Shown: one piece after another, positions 1 through 12,463 of the stretch
Position numbering within the stretch: position 1 is the stretch's first letter
Layout of the letters: every line of letters begins with the position of its first letter
From: Pseudothioglobus sp. nBUS_23
GTDB taxonomy: Bacteria; Pseudomonadota; Gammaproteobacteria; PS1; Pseudothioglobaceae
Direction: 5' to 3'
DNA: 32,000 nt
Assembly: GCF_051201565.1 (NCBI RefSeq)
Contig: NZ_CP179200.1
Span: 1 to 32,000, forward strand
Translations under genes and position numbers: made by a program
The notes under the pieces: generated by a model
Databases searched by the model: none
The model's input: the letters and a program-made list of their open reading frames with translations, nothing else
What the model was told of the DNA's origin: nothing

Positions 1-100
1 TTAGGGATTTAAATCCAACTATTCTAGATTAATGCTTTAATCAAATTTAACGTCATTACAGGTATCATTAGAATTTTAATTCCAAATTTTTTAGTCTCCA

Positions 101-1414
101 ATGTCACAGACCTGGGCCAAATGTTTAGACTCTCTTAAAAGCTCTCTACCCCTTGGCGAGTATAGTGTGTGGGTCAAGCCACTGCAAGCTTCTGAACGAA
201 ATGAAATTCTTTATCTTAATGCACCTAGCGCTTCAGCGCTTAAGTATATTCAAAATCACAAAAACCTAGAGTCGGCAATTGTACTTGCCGTTTCAGAACA
301 AGACAGAAAAATTAAAGTTCGGTTTGGGGTAACAGAGTCCAAAAAAAAATTAAACAGCCAAACAAAACATCATACAACACCGCTTTTTCCAGAATATACC
401 TTTGATAATTTAGTTTTAGGAACAGCAAATCAAGTGGCTGCTCTAGCTAGCCGACAAATCGCTGAAAAAATTGGTGCCTCTCCCTACAATCCATTTATTA
501 TTTATGGGGAATCAGGCTTGGGAAAAACACATCTCATGCAAGCAGCAGGACACCTTGCGCTTGAAAAAAATCCTAGCGCTAAAATAATCTATGTGCCTCT
601 TATGGATTTTGTTAGAAACATTACGACAAGCCTTAGACACAACACAATTGAAAACGTGAAGCTTTTTTATCAGTCTGCTGACCTTTTGTTAGTTGATGAC
701 ATTCATCTTATTGCGGGAAAGGACAAATCTCAAGAAGAGTTTTTTCATGTTTTTAATTTTCTCTTTAGCACCAAAAAACAAATCATCTTCACTTGTGATC
801 AGCCTCCTAAAAACATTAAAGATCTTGAGAACCGACTAAAAACAAGGTTTTCACAAGGCCTAAATTTACAACTATCTCCACCAGAATTAGAGATGCGCGC
901 TGCAATATTGCTTAAAAAATCACAAAACCCACAAATTTCTCTTAGTCTTACCGAAGACGTTGCCTTGTTTATTGCAAGTCATGTTGTTTCAAATGTGAGG
1001 GATTTAGAGGGGGCGCTGTTAAAGCTTAAAGCCTTTGTTGACTTCTCTCAAATCGACCACTCACTTATAACCAAAGATGTTGTAGAGGGCGCACTTGGTG
1101 ATTTAATTAAACCAAAAAAATTATTTATCGAGGTTAATGAGGTACAAAAAACTGTCAGCAAATATTATGGTATTACCGTCTCAGATTTGGTGTCAAACTC
1201 TCGAAAGCAACACCTGGTCAAGGCTAGGCAGATGGCTATATATCTATGTCATGAGCTTACTTCTTTGTCTTTAGCAAAAATTGGTCAAAATTTTGGAAAT
1301 CGTGACCACTCTACTGTACTGTACTCTTGTGAAAAACTGAAAGCACTAATTGAAACAAACGAGGAAATAAAAAACGACATAGAAAACATTAAAATTAAAA
1401 TTACTAACTTATAA
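101..1414 (+). CDS. dnaA: Chromosomal replication initiator protein DnaA
   Basis: 437-aa ORF with an ATG start. AAA+ Walker A GESGLGKTHL, Walker B LLLVDDIH, and a C-terminal DnaA-box-binding domain (NRDHSTVLYSCEKL). Heads the canonical dnaA-dnaN-recF-gyrB array. Confidence 0.97.
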   Translation: MSQTWAKCLDSLKSSLPLGEYSVWVKPLQASERNEILYLNAPSASALKYIQNHKNLESAIVLAVSEQDRKIKVRFGVTESKKKLNSQTKHHTTPLFPEYTFDNLVLGTANQVAALASRQIAEKIGASPYNPFIIYGESGLGKTHLMQAAGHLALEKNPSAKIIYVPLMDFVRNITTSLRHNTIENVKLFYQSADLLLVDDIHLIAGKDKSQEEFFHVFNFLFSTKKQIIFTCDQPPKNIKDLENRLKTRFSQGLNLQLSPPELEMRAAILLKKSQNPQISLSLTEDVALFIASHVVSNVRDLEGALLKLKAFVDFSQIDHSLITKDVVEGALGDLIKPKKLFIEVNEVQKTVSKYYGITVSDLVSNSRKQHLVKARQMAIYLCHELTSLSLAKIGQNFGNRDHSTVLYSCEKLKALIETNEEIKNDIENIKIKITNL

Positions 1415-1435
1415 ACAAAATAATTATTAGTTGTG

Positions 1436-1568
1436 TTGTTAGCAAGAATGAAAACATTTTATAATTAGTTTAATAACTAACAACTTAAGAACTAATCAGC
1501 AAAGATACTAACAAAATAATCACAAGATAGGTTATTGATTTTAATTATTAAATGAAAGAAACTAACAA
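1436..1568. repeat. Cluster of CTAACAA heptamers in the dnaA-dnaN spacer
   Basis: Direct reading shows three same-strand ACTAACAA octamers at 1476-1483, 1507-1514 and 1561-1568. One inverted copy (TTGTTAG) sits at 1436-1442. Related ACTAAT copies sit at 1491-1496 and 1580-1585. All lie in the largest non-coding gap of the window (1415-1620). Confidence 0.4.
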
Positions 1569-1620
1569 GAAACCCATAGACTAATAGTAACAATAATTAA
1601 TTTATATAGAAAGGTAAATT

Positions 1621-2724
1621 ATGAACACGGAATTAAGCGTTGAAGAGTTAATCGAGCCACTTCAAACTGTCATCGGTGTTGTGGAGAAAAAACAAACACT
1701 CCCAATACTTTCTCATGTATTAATTCAATTAAGTGAGAACATACTTACACTAACAACAACAGATATGGAGTTAGAAATAAGTGCGTCATCTAAAATCAAA
1801 AGCAGCTCAGAAGTTACTTTTACTATTTACGCCAAAGATCTAATCGATATTGTTAGGAAGCTGCCTGAAAAAACTCAAATTAAGTTCAAAATTGAAGAAA
1901 ACAAAGTTTATTTAAACGCAAATAAAAACACTTTTGAGCTAAATACCTTCAACCATTTAGATTTTCCAGCGCTTCCAAAAACACAAAATACTAGTATTAT
2001 AAAAATCAAACAAGAAGCCTTAAAGGAGCTGATTGAAAATACAAGTTTCTCGATGGGAAACCAAGACATTAGGGCCTATTTAAATGGGCTGTATTTTGAA
2101 TTAAACATAGACTCATTGACTGTTGTAGCGACAGATGGTCACCGATTATCAATAGGTGAGGTCAGTCAAACTAATAATTTAGATGAAAAAAAGACAGTTA
2201 TTTTGCCAAGGAAAGCAGTTTTAGAGCTTACTAAGCTTTTAAATAAAAGCTCTCAGGATATTGCTGAAATACACTTATCAGACAACTACTTTTCACTAAT
2301 TGACAGCAATACAAAAATCATCAGTCGCCTTATTGATGGGAACTTTCCAAACTATAAGCAAGTAATGCCAACAGATTTCAGCAATACAATTGTTATCAAT
2401 AGGGAGGATTTTTTATCAAGTCTTCAACAGGCTTCAATCTTTGTTGACGAGAGAACAAAGGGAGTCAAGCTTGTATTTAGGGAAGACAAATTAAGTATTT
2501 TTTCTCACTCAGAAAGAGGAAGGGCTGAAACTCAAATTGAGGTTACAAAACAAGAAAAAGAGCTTGAAATAGCATTTAATATTCACTACTTAATTTCTGT
2601 TTTAGAAAAGCTTTCTTCTCAGAGCGTGAACATGGTGATACCTGGCGGTGAAAACAAATCTTGCTTGCTCAGCGCTATAGATGATGAGAGTTATCAATAT
2701 ATTATTATGCCGATGAGAATCTAG
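1621..2724 (+). CDS. dnaN: DNA polymerase III beta sliding clamp
   Basis: 367-aa ORF, the typical clamp length. It has a three-domain-like repeat pattern and a conserved C-terminal ...YIIMPMRI ending. Positioned between dnaA and recF, with an AAGG Shine-Dalgarno-like element upstream. Confidence 0.95.
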   Translation: MNTELSVEELIEPLQTVIGVVEKKQTLPILSHVLIQLSENILTLTTTDMELEISASSKIKSSSEVTFTIYAKDLIDIVRKLPEKTQIKFKIEENKVYLNANKNTFELNTFNHLDFPALPKTQNTSIIKIKQEALKELIENTSFSMGNQDIRAYLNGLYFELNIDSLTVVATDGHRLSIGEVSQTNNLDEKKTVILPRKAVLELTKLLNKSSQDIAEIHLSDNYFSLIDSNTKIISRLIDGNFPNYKQVMPTDFSNTIVINREDFLSSLQQASIFVDERTKGVKLVFREDKLSIFSHSERGRAETQIEVTKQEKELEIAFNIHYLISVLEKLSSQSVNMVIPGGENKSCLLSAIDDESYQYIIMPMRI

Positions 2725-2736
2725 ATATCAAGCCAA

Positions 2737-3822
2737 ATGGCAACTATCGAAAAGATCCATATTCTAAAGTTTAGAAACTTATCAGATCAATATTTTAATC
2801 CCATAGCTACAACCAACTTAGTTGTTGGAAAAAATGGCCAGGGAAAGACTAACTTTATCGAGTCTTTATATTACTTGGGACACGGAAGGTCTTTTAAAAC
2901 CAAAAACCTTAAAGACATTATTCCTTTTGATGATCGTCAAATTCAAATCACTGCAATTGTGGATGAACAAAAGATTAGTTTGAGCAAAAGCCGAGAAAAG
3001 AGCCGTGTTTTAGTTGATGGAAAAAAAATCCCTAGTAATAGTTTTTTAAGTCAACTTCTACCCATTCAAATTATATCTCCTGATCGTGGGTTTGTTGTAG
3101 GTGGAACCCCAAAGCTTAAAAGATCTTATCTCGATTGGGGTGTATACCACGGAAACGACAAAACACTTAAAACCTACGCTTCATATAAAAAAACACTGAA
3201 AAACATTAACATCATATTGAGTAATGGAGAAAAAATACATCTTGATGAATGGCTAACCCAACTTGCTAGTCTTTCAGTAGATATTACACAGGATCGCATT
3301 ACCTATATAGAAAAACTTTCTTCAATATTTAACGAAAATAAATCTAAAAGTTTTGTAAATTTATTAGACTCATCTTCTAGTTTTATATTTGAGCTTCAAA
3401 ATGGGTGGTCAAAGGAGACTGACCCTCTTAACAAACAAAACATAACCTCATTTTTATTAAACAACAAAAGAACATTGGAGAGAAACAAATACTTAAATTA
3501 TGGCCCGCATCGAGCCAGTGTTGATTTTTCCTTAAACGGACAAAGCGAAAACTATCTTTCAAGAGGGGAACAAAAGAAAATGTCTATCGTTTTTTGGGCG
3601 CTTCAAGTTTTAGCGTTGGTTAAAAAAGGTAAAAAACCAATTGTACTTATAGACGACATTTCTTCCGAATTAGACAATATAAAAATTAAATCAATACTAG
3701 ACTTTCTGACTGATTTAGAAGTTCAAATTTTTATGACTGATATAGGCAACAAAAAACTTCCTTTAAGAGAAAAAGCGTCTGCTATTTATAATATCGAAAA
3801 TGGCGTCATTACTGGGCTTTAA
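2737..3822 (+). CDS. recF: DNA replication and repair protein RecF
   Basis: 361 aa. N-terminal Walker A GKNGQGKTN, ABC/SMC signature LSRGEQKK and Walker B VLIDDISSELD. Sits 12 nt after dnaN. Confidence 0.93.
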   Translation: MATIEKIHILKFRNLSDQYFNPIATTNLVVGKNGQGKTNFIESLYYLGHGRSFKTKNLKDIIPFDDRQIQITAIVDEQKISLSKSREKSRVLVDGKKIPSNSFLSQLLPIQIISPDRGFVVGGTPKLKRSYLDWGVYHGNDKTLKTYASYKKTLKNINIILSNGEKIHLDEWLTQLASLSVDITQDRITYIEKLSSIFNENKSKSFVNLLDSSSSFIFELQNGWSKETDPLNKQNITSFLLNNKRTLERNKYLNYGPHRASVDFSLNGQSENYLSRGEQKKMSIVFWALQVLALVKKGKKPIVLIDDISSELDNIKIKSILDFLTDLEVQIFMTDIGNKKLPLREKASAIYNIENGVITGL

Positions 3823-3886
3823 GAGCAATAAACAATTATTTATAAAACCTTAAAATAAGTAGATGATTTAATGCCTAAGTTATTAG

Positions 3887-6310
<2,424 letters not shown>

Positions 6311-6423
6311 TTTTTGGTTGCTCTAATAACTTGAATTCAGCTAATTAGGGCAATGAATTTTATTACCAACTAGCCAACCCCCTTTGTATGATAATAATCT
6401 AATTACTTACAAATGGTAGGGTT

Positions 6424-7284
6424 ATGTCAAAGAAACATCCTGTGATCGCAATCACCGGCTCTTCAGGAGCAGGCACATCTACAGTTAAAAATGCGTTCAA
6501 CCATATTTTTGAAAGAGTGGGTGCAAAACCAGTTGTGATAGAAGGGGACAGCTTCCATAAATACGATAGAAAGCAAATGGCAGCTGCCATGGAAAAGAAA
6601 AACAAGATAGGAAATAAACATTTTAGTCATTTTGGCCCCGAGGCTAATCATTTTGATCTTATAGAAAAAACCTTTAAAGATTATGGTGAAAACGGATACT
6701 GTAAAAGACGTTACTATATTCACACAGATGAAGAGGGCATTCCGTTTGGAAGAGGCGCGGGTGAATTCACAGAGTGGAAGGAGGTTGGAAGAGAGAGTGA
6801 TCTTTTGTTTTATGAGGGGCTTCATGGAGGCGTTAAAGATGGACCAATTGACGCTGCAAAATTTGTAGATCTTTTGATTGGGGTTGTTCCAGTTGTTAAT
6901 CTTGAATGGATTCAAAAAATTCATAGAGATAAAGAGCATAGAGGGTATTCTGCTGAGGCAACGGTAGATACAATTCACAGAAGAATGTGGGACTACATAA
7001 ATTACCTCACTCCTCAGTTTTCAAGAACACACATTAATTTTCAGCGCGTTCCAACCGTTGATACTTCAAACCCCTTTATTGCAAGGGATATACCCACTCA
7101 GGACGAGAGTTTTGTTGTTGTCAGGTTTCAAGATCATAAATACTGTGACTTTGTTTATCTACAAGATATGGTTGCAGGATCCTTTATGTCTAGACCAAAC
7201 ACATTGGTTGTGCCAGGAGGCAAGATGGGGTTTGTAATGGAATTAATTTTAAGAGAGCAAATAGAGAAAATGCTAGACCAATGA
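6424..7284 (+). CDS. prk: Phosphoribulokinase (bacterial type, CbbP/PrkB-like)
   Basis: 286 aa. N-terminal P-loop PVIAITGSSGAGTST, with overall similarity to bacterial PRK of about 290 aa. Strong codon bias (see findings). Confidence 0.88.
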   Translation: MSKKHPVIAITGSSGAGTSTVKNAFNHIFERVGAKPVVIEGDSFHKYDRKQMAAAMEKKNKIGNKHFSHFGPEANHFDLIEKTFKDYGENGYCKRRYYIHTDEEGIPFGRGAGEFTEWKEVGRESDLLFYEGLHGGVKDGPIDAAKFVDLLIGVVPVVNLEWIQKIHRDKEHRGYSAEATVDTIHRRMWDYINYLTPQFSRTHINFQRVPTVDTSNPFIARDIPTQDESFVVVRFQDHKYCDFVYLQDMVAGSFMSRPNTLVVPGGKMGFVMELILREQIEKMLDQ

Positions 7285-7292
7285 ATCCTTCT

Positions 7293-9755
7293 TCACTTGT
7301 CTCTGACCACAATATTTATTAGTTTATTTGGCACTACAATTACTTTAATTATTTGTTTATCCATTGTGAATTTAACAATTTTTTCATCTGAAAGTGCAAT
7401 TTCTTGAACAGCCTGGTTGTCCGAATCAAGAGGCGCCATGATTTTAGATCTTAGCTTTCCATTAACCTGAGCAATGATTTGCACTCTTTCTTGAATCAGC
7501 GCAGACTCATCAACTTCGGGCCACTGCGAATCTACTACAGCATTTTTTCCGCCTAATAAAAACCACAAATGATGACAAACATGAGGCATCACAGGGCTTA
7601 AACATTTGACCATTATCTCAATAGCCTCTTGTTTTACTGCTATACCTTGTTGGGAAGTGTCCGCATACCTAGAAACCAAGTTGTTAAGTTCCATCATAGT
7701 TGCAATAGCAGTATTGAACGAATGCCTTCTTCCAAAGTCATCGCCAACTTTTTTCAGTGCCAAGTGAGTCTTTTGACGAATAGACCTCTGCTCTTCATTT
7801 AGATTTAAATCATCTATTTTGGAAATCTCCACACCCTCTTTTAGTTTAATAAAGCCGGTTACTAATCTAAAGAATTTATTAATAAACCTATGAGCCCCCT
7901 CTATTCCTGAGTCGGACCACTCTAGGTCTTGAGTTGGTGGAGCTGCAAACAAGATAAACAGACGAGCAGTGTCTGCACCATACTTTGAAATCATCTCTTG
8001 GGGGTCAACCGTATTCCCTTTGGATTTACTCATTTTTGCACCATCTTTTAAAACCATGCCTTGAGTCAGTAGGTTTGTAAATGGTTCGCTAGTTTTTACA
8101 ATGCCCTCATCGCGCAAGAGTTTCGTAAAAAAACGAGAGTATAAAAGATGTAATATAGCATGCTCTATTCCACCAATGTATTGGTCTACAGGCAGCCAGT
8201 AATTTGCCCTCTCATCCAAAATCGCTTCCTTTTGATCCACACAGGTATATCGCGCAAAATACCACGATGATTCAAAAAAAGTGTCAAAGGTGTCAGTCTC
8301 TCTCTGCGCTTCGCCCTTACAGTTTGGACATTTAGTTTTAACAAAGCTTGACATTTGTTTAAGTGGTGATCCTGCACCATCTATAGAGACATTTTCTGGC
8401 AGCCTGACAGGAAGCCTATCAAGATCTTCAGGAACAGCGCCGCACTCTGAACAGTGTATTATTGGTATAGGACAACCCCAGTATCGCTGTCTAGATACTC
8501 CCCAATCCCTAAGGCGGTAGTTTGTCTTTTCCTCGCCCATTGAAAGGCTGGATAGTTTCTTGCTGATGGCCTCAAATGCTTCGTCAAAACCTAGGCCAGT
8601 AAATTCACCTGAGTTAATGAGCACACCTTTTTCAACGTAGGCCTCATTTGATGTGTCTACAAAACCGTTTTTATCAGAAATAACATTCACTATAGGTATG
8701 TCGTATTTTTTTGCAAACTCATAGTCTCTTTGGTCGTGTGCGGGAACGCTCATGACTGCGCCGGTGCCATATCCCATAAGGACAAAATTAGCAATCCAGA
8801 TTGATACCTCTTCGCCTGTTAGAGGATGGATGCATTTCAGCTTAGAATCAATCCCTTTCTTTTCCATTGTTTCCATGGCGGCTTCGGCCGTTTCCATTTT
8901 TTTACAATCATCAAGAAAAGTTTGGATTTCTTGGTTATTTTTTCCTGCCTCAATTGCAATAGGGTGCTCTGCAGCAATGGCCAGATAGGTAACACCGAAA
9001 AGTGTATCAGGTCTTGTTGTATAAACTGTTAGAGAGCTTGCAGTACCAATCTTAAAATTTATATCTAGACCGACTGATTTTCCTATCCAGTTTGTTTGCA
9101 TCATCCTAACCGCATCTGGCCAACCTTGTAGGTTTTGAATGTCTGCTAAAAGCTCATCAGCATAATCAGTTATTTTCATATACCATTGCGAGATTTCTTT
9201 CTTTTCAACAGGTGCGCCTGAGCGCCAACCACAACCCTCTACTACCTGCTCATTTGCTAAAACAGTTTGATCAACAGGATCCCAGTTAACAATTGCTTTT
9301 TTCTTATAAACTAAGCCTTTTTCAAAGAGTTTTATAAAAAACCATTGCTCCCATTTGTAATATTCAGGATGACATGTTGCCAACTCTCTTGACCAGTCAT
9401 AACCAAAGCCTAGTTCAATCAACTGCTCTTTCATGTGGCCAATGTTTTCATATGTCCAGCCTGCTGGCGGCACTTTATTTTTAATGGCCGCATTCTCTGC
9501 TGGCAGTCCAAAAGCATCCCAGCCAATGGGCTGCATCACATTTTTACCCAGCATTTTTTGGTATCGTGAGATCACATCGCCAATGCTATAGTTGCGAACA
9601 TGCCCCATGTGAAGCCTTCCTGAAGGATATGGCAACATAGATAGACAGTAATACTTTTCTTTTTTTGGATCCTCAGTTACAACAAATGAGTTATTCTTTG
9701 CCCAATAGTCTTGAGCTTCTTTTTCAATATTTTTGGCGTTGTATTCGTATTGCAT
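7293..9755 (-). CDS. leuS: Leucine--tRNA ligase
   Basis: 820 aa. HIGH region [17 protein letters not shown] motif (AKMSKSKGN), a CP1 editing domain and Cys-rich Zn motifs. Confidence 0.98.
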   Translation of the reverse strand: MQYEYNAKNIEKEAQDYWAKNNSFVVTEDPKKEKYYCLSMLPYPSGRLHMGHVRNYSIGDVISRYQKMLGKNVMQPIGWDAFGLPAENAAIKNKVPPAGWTYENIGHMKEQLIELGFGYDWSRELATCHPEYYKWEQWFFIKLFEKGLVYKKKAIVNWDPVDQTVLANEQVVEGCGWRSGAPVEKKEISQWYMKITDYADELLADIQNLQGWPDAVRMMQTNWIGKSVGLDINFKIGTASSLTVYTTRPDTLFGVTYLAIAAEHPIAIEAGKNNQEIQTFLDDCKKMETAEAAMETMEKKGIDSKLKCIHPLTGEEVSIWIANFVLMGYGTGAVMSVPAHDQRDYEFAKKYDIPIVNVISDKNGFVDTSNEAYVEKGVLINSGEFTGLGFDEAFEAISKKLSSLSMGEEKTNYRLRDWGVSRQRYWGCPIPIIHCSECGAVPEDLDRLPVRLPENVSIDGAGSPLKQMSSFVKTKCPNCKGEAQRETDTFDTFFESSWYFARYTCVDQKEAILDERANYWLPVDQYIGGIEHAILHLLYSRFFTKLLRDEGIVKTSEPFTNLLTQGMVLKDGAKMSKSKGNTVDPQEMISKYGADTARLFILFAAPPTQDLEWSDSGIEGAHRFINKFFRLVTGFIKLKEGVEISKIDDLNLNEEQRSIRQKTHLALKKVGDDFGRRHSFNTAIATMMELNNLVSRYADTSQQGIAVKQEAIEIMVKCLSPVMPHVCHHLWFLLGGKNAVVDSQWPEVDESALIQERVQIIAQVNGKLRSKIMAPLDSDNQAVQEIALSDEKIVKFTMDKQIIKVIVVPNKLINIVVRDK

Positions 9756-9772
9756 TGTTGATCGGTGATTAA

Positions 9773-10711
9773 TTAATTTAAGCTTAGTGTTCCGACAAGA
9801 GAACTCACATTGTCAAGTTTGTGTGCGTCTAAATAGCTACTTATTCCGTCGTTAATTGATTTACAAATAAGTGGATCGTAAAACAATGCAGTGCCAATGC
9901 CCACTGTGTCAGCGCCTGCAATTATAAACTCTATTGCATCTTCAGCAGTAACAATGCCGCCCTGTCCAATTATGGGTATGTTGTGTTTCTTGCTAACCTC
10001 GTATACCTGGTGAACTTTAAGAAGTGCAATTGGCTTGATAGCGGGACCAGAGAGCCCACCTTGGTTGTTGCCAATAACGGGTTGTTTTTTTTCGATATCT
10101 ATAGCCATTCCCATAACCGTATTTATGACCGCGAGTCCATCACTACCAGCATCAATGCAGCGTAGAGCATTCCCAGCAATATCAGTTTGATTGGGCGATA
10201 GTTTGGTGATTATGGGTTTATTAGTGTTCTTGCGACATATTTCTACTACACGAAATGACATATCGGGGTCATTTCCAAAAGCAACACCACCCTCTTTTAC
10301 ATTAGGGCAAGAAATATTAATTTCTATAGCATCTATATCGGTGTCATCAAAGTGTTTTGCAATTTCCCCATATTCCTCAACACTAGATCCAGAGATATTA
10401 ATGATAAAACGAGTTTCATCTTTGTCTAGAGCAGGCAAGATATCATTAATCACAGTATCTGTTCCTGGATTTTGAAGTCCAATGGCATTCAGCATACCAT
10501 TTGGGGTTTCTGCAATTCTGTGCGCTTTGTTTCCAAGTCGCGGAGCCAGAGTGGTTCCTTTTAAACAAACAGCACCCACATCAGAATTGGAAAAACCTTT
10601 GATTCTAGTGTACTCCTCGCCAAACCCTACACATCCTGAGAGCAAAATGATTGGGGAGTTAAGAGTGATCCCACAAAAGCTTGTTTTAAGATTATTTTGC
10701 ATTGACGACAT
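9773..10711 (-). CDS. pyrD: Dihydroorotate dehydrogenase, class 1 (PyrD-B catalytic-subunit-like)
   Basis: 312 aa. [11 protein letters not shown], an active-site cysteine in NISCPNV (class 1 hallmark), [10 protein letters not shown] and GQGGI. Closely resembles Bacillus-type PyrD B as I recall it. Lies 17 nt upstream of leuS. Confidence 0.85.
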   Translation of the reverse strand: MSSMQNNLKTSFCGITLNSPIILLSGCVGFGEEYTRIKGFSNSDVGAVCLKGTTLAPRLGNKAHRIAETPNGMLNAIGLQNPGTDTVINDILPALDKDETRFIINISGSSVEEYGEIAKHFDDTDIDAIEINISCPNVKEGGVAFGNDPDMSFRVVEICRKNTNKPIITKLSPNQTDIAGNALRCIDAGSDGLAVINTVMGMAIDIEKKQPVIGNNQGGLSGPAIKPIALLKVHQVYEVSKKHNIPIIGQGGIVTAEDAIEFIIAGADTVGIGTALFYDPLICKSINDGISSYLDAHKLDNVSSLVGTLSLN

Positions 10712-10761
10712 TATACTTTTATGACGACTTTGGAGTCAGCAACTTGGTCTAAAATGTCTTT

Positions 10762-11403
10762 ATGAATGGAGTTTTTATCACTGGAAGCAACACAGAGGTT
10801 GGAAAAACAACCGTTTTAGTCGAAATAATAAAGCATCTTAGAAAAAGAAGAAAAATTGTTGTAAGAAAACCAGTAGAAACAGACTGCGAAATGGTAAACG
10901 GCTCTTATGTTCCAAAAGATGCTATTAAGCTTAATGAAGCATGTGCTTCTGGAGAGGATATAGATGTAGTGTGCCCATTTTGTTATGAGCTTGAGGCGAG
11001 CCCCGAAGAGGCAAGCGTCTTCGCTGATAGGCCCCTAGGGCTTTTTGACCTTGTTAAAGCCTGCCAATCAAAGATAGGAGAGCAATTTGTTTTCGTTGAG
11101 GGGGCTGGAGGCATATACTCCCCTATCGCAAACAATGCGCTCAACTCTGACCTAGCGATTGAGCTAAAAATGCCAATCATCATCGTGGTTAAAGATGAGC
11201 TTGGTGCAATTGGCCAGGCGCTTTTATCAATCAATGCCGCTCAAACTAATAATTTGGATATAGCCTGTGTTGTTCTTAATGAAATGACGCCAAATCATCT
11301 ATCTAATGCTCAGGCATTAAGGGCTTATACTAAAGCCCCAGTCTTAGAATATTCAAAAAACAAGCAAAAGCCTTTTTGCGCTGAGATAGAGAAACTAATC
11401 TAG
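10762..11403 (+). CDS. bioD: Dethiobiotin synthetase
   Basis: 213 aa. N-terminal FITGSNTEVGKTTV P-loop and a VEGAGG motif, with length typical for BioD. No other bio genes are adjacent. Confidence 0.82.
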   Translation: MNGVFITGSNTEVGKTTVLVEIIKHLRKRRKIVVRKPVETDCEMVNGSYVPKDAIKLNEACASGEDIDVVCPFCYELEASPEEASVFADRPLGLFDLVKACQSKIGEQFVFVEGAGGIYSPIANNALNSDLAIELKMPIIIVVKDELGAIGQALLSINAAQTNNLDIACVVLNEMTPNHLSNAQALRAYTKAPVLEYSKNKQKPFCAEIEKLI

Positions 11404-11754
11404 AATTTTAAGGCTTGGTTTTTTGTCGTTTTTTTCTTGATCAGATTTTGGCATATCAAACATCATGCCCTCACCATTTTCATGAGCATAAATTGATAGA
11501 ACCGCATTACACGGCACAACAATTTTTTGCGACTTGCCCTGAAAGCGCGCTTTAAAGATTATTGCTTCGTTATTAATAGTACGACCAACAGTTGCAGAAG
11601 AGCTAATGTTTAAGACCATTTTTCCGTTTGCATCATGCCCCTCAGGAACAACTACGCCAACACTTTTTGTATTTACAAGCAAATATGGCGTAAGCTTGTT
11701 ATCCTCTATCCAGTCACAATAAGCGCGAATAAGATAGGGAATAACTCCTGACAT
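11395..11754 (-). CDS. sspB: ClpXP adaptor / stringent starvation protein B, short-linker form
   Basis: 119 aa. The N-terminal substrate-binding domain aligns well with E. coli SspB (PYLIRAYCDWIEDNKLTPYLLV, FKARFQG...VVPCNAVLSIYAHENGEGMMF). The C-terminal SLKILD resembles the ClpX-binding tail. Sits 7 nt downstream of sspA. Confidence 0.85.
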   Translation of the reverse strand: MSGVIPYLIRAYCDWIEDNKLTPYLLVNTKSVGVVVPEGHDANGKMVLNISSSATVGRTINNEAIIFKARFQGKSQKIVVPCNAVLSIYAHENGEGMMFDMPKSDQEKNDKKPSLKILD

Positions 11755-11761
11755 TTGCTAA

Positions 11762-12391
11762 TTAATTGAAGTCTTTTTCAGCAAAAGTAAGACTGTCATG
11801 AAAGCCTTCTTTTTCAAAAAGCCTATTTGCATAATCTTTGATTGGCTTAGCTTTTTCACCCAGTGATATTCCTAAAACATCAAGCCTCCAAAGAATTGGT
11901 GCAATACAAACATCAACTAGAGTCATTGTGTCACTTTTGAAATATGGCTTATGAGCAAAAAGAGGGAGCAACTCTAACAAGTTTCCGTTCAAAGTTTTTC
12001 TTGCTGCGTCCGCCTCTTTTTTGTTTCCGTTAAGGATAGTGTTAACTAACTCATACCAACAGCCATCTGCTCTTGTAAAGCGATAGATTAGAAGGCGCTT
12101 TTCAGCTTTTTCAATTGGGTCCACCGGCAAAAGAGGGGGGAAGGGAAAACGCTCATCGAGATACTCCATGATCACAGAAAGGTCGTACAGAACCATGCCT
12201 CTGTCAAAAAGAGTGGGCAGTGTTTCGCATGGATTGAGTTCTAGAACTTCTTCAGGCATTTCCTCAAAGCTGACTTCTACCACTTCTCTTTCAATCGATT
12301 TGTGCGCCATAATGAATCTTACAGCGTGAGACTCAAGTTCTTGCGATGCAGAGTATAGTGTTGTAGAAGCGGGGTTAGGTTTTGATAGCAT
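11762..12391 (-). CDS. sspA: Stringent starvation protein A (GST-like)
   Basis: 209 aa. Strong similarity to E. coli SspA (VIMEYLDERFPFPPLLP, WYELVNTILNG, ILWRLDVLGI). Conserved petABC-sspAB synteny. Confidence 0.9.
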   Translation of the reverse strand: MLSKPNPASTTLYSASQELESHAVRFIMAHKSIEREVVEVSFEEMPEEVLELNPCETLPTLFDRGMVLYDLSVIMEYLDERFPFPPLLPVDPIEKAEKRLLIYRFTRADGCWYELVNTILNGNKKEADAARKTLNGNLLELLPLFAHKPYFKSDTMTLVDVCIAPILWRLDVLGISLGEKAKPIKDYANRLFEKEGFHDSLTFAEKDFN

Positions 12392-12463
12392 ATTTTTACC
12401 AGTTTAGTTTAATATTCAGTCAGCACAGCAGAAGACAGAAGCGATGAAAGATTGTAACAGAAA

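Noticed and set aside
1-100. Possible oriC or DnaA-box cluster upstream of dnaA, including a perfect 12-bp palindrome GGATTTAAATCC at 5-16.
   Set aside because: No 9-mer within 1 mismatch of TTATCCACA is visible in 1-100. The palindrome is a single AT-rich instance at the very edge of the window, so its context cannot be evaluated.
2958-2966. Isolated 8/9 DnaA-box-like matches: TGTGGATGA in recF, and TGATCCACA at 8233-8241 in leuS.
   Set aside because: They are single, intragenic and unclustered. This is expected by chance in 32 kb.
6463-6978. 171-aa ORF antisense to prk. This is unusually long for an AT-rich genome.
   Set aside because: It is in the codon-aligned mirror frame of prk, so stops can arise only from sense TTA, CTA or TCA codons, and prk avoids these across the stretch. 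The ORF is bounded exactly by a sense TCA at 6463-6465. The predicted protein is low-complexity and Phe/Asn/Ser-rich with no motifs. It is a shadow ORF.
10754-10765. Three-codon mini-ORF (ATG TCT TTA TGA) whose stop overlaps the bioD ATG in the 50-nt pyrD/bioD divergent spacer.
   Set aside because: It is too short to distinguish from chance. No Shine-Dalgarno sequence or conserved leader features are visible, and I could find no bioO-like palindrome.
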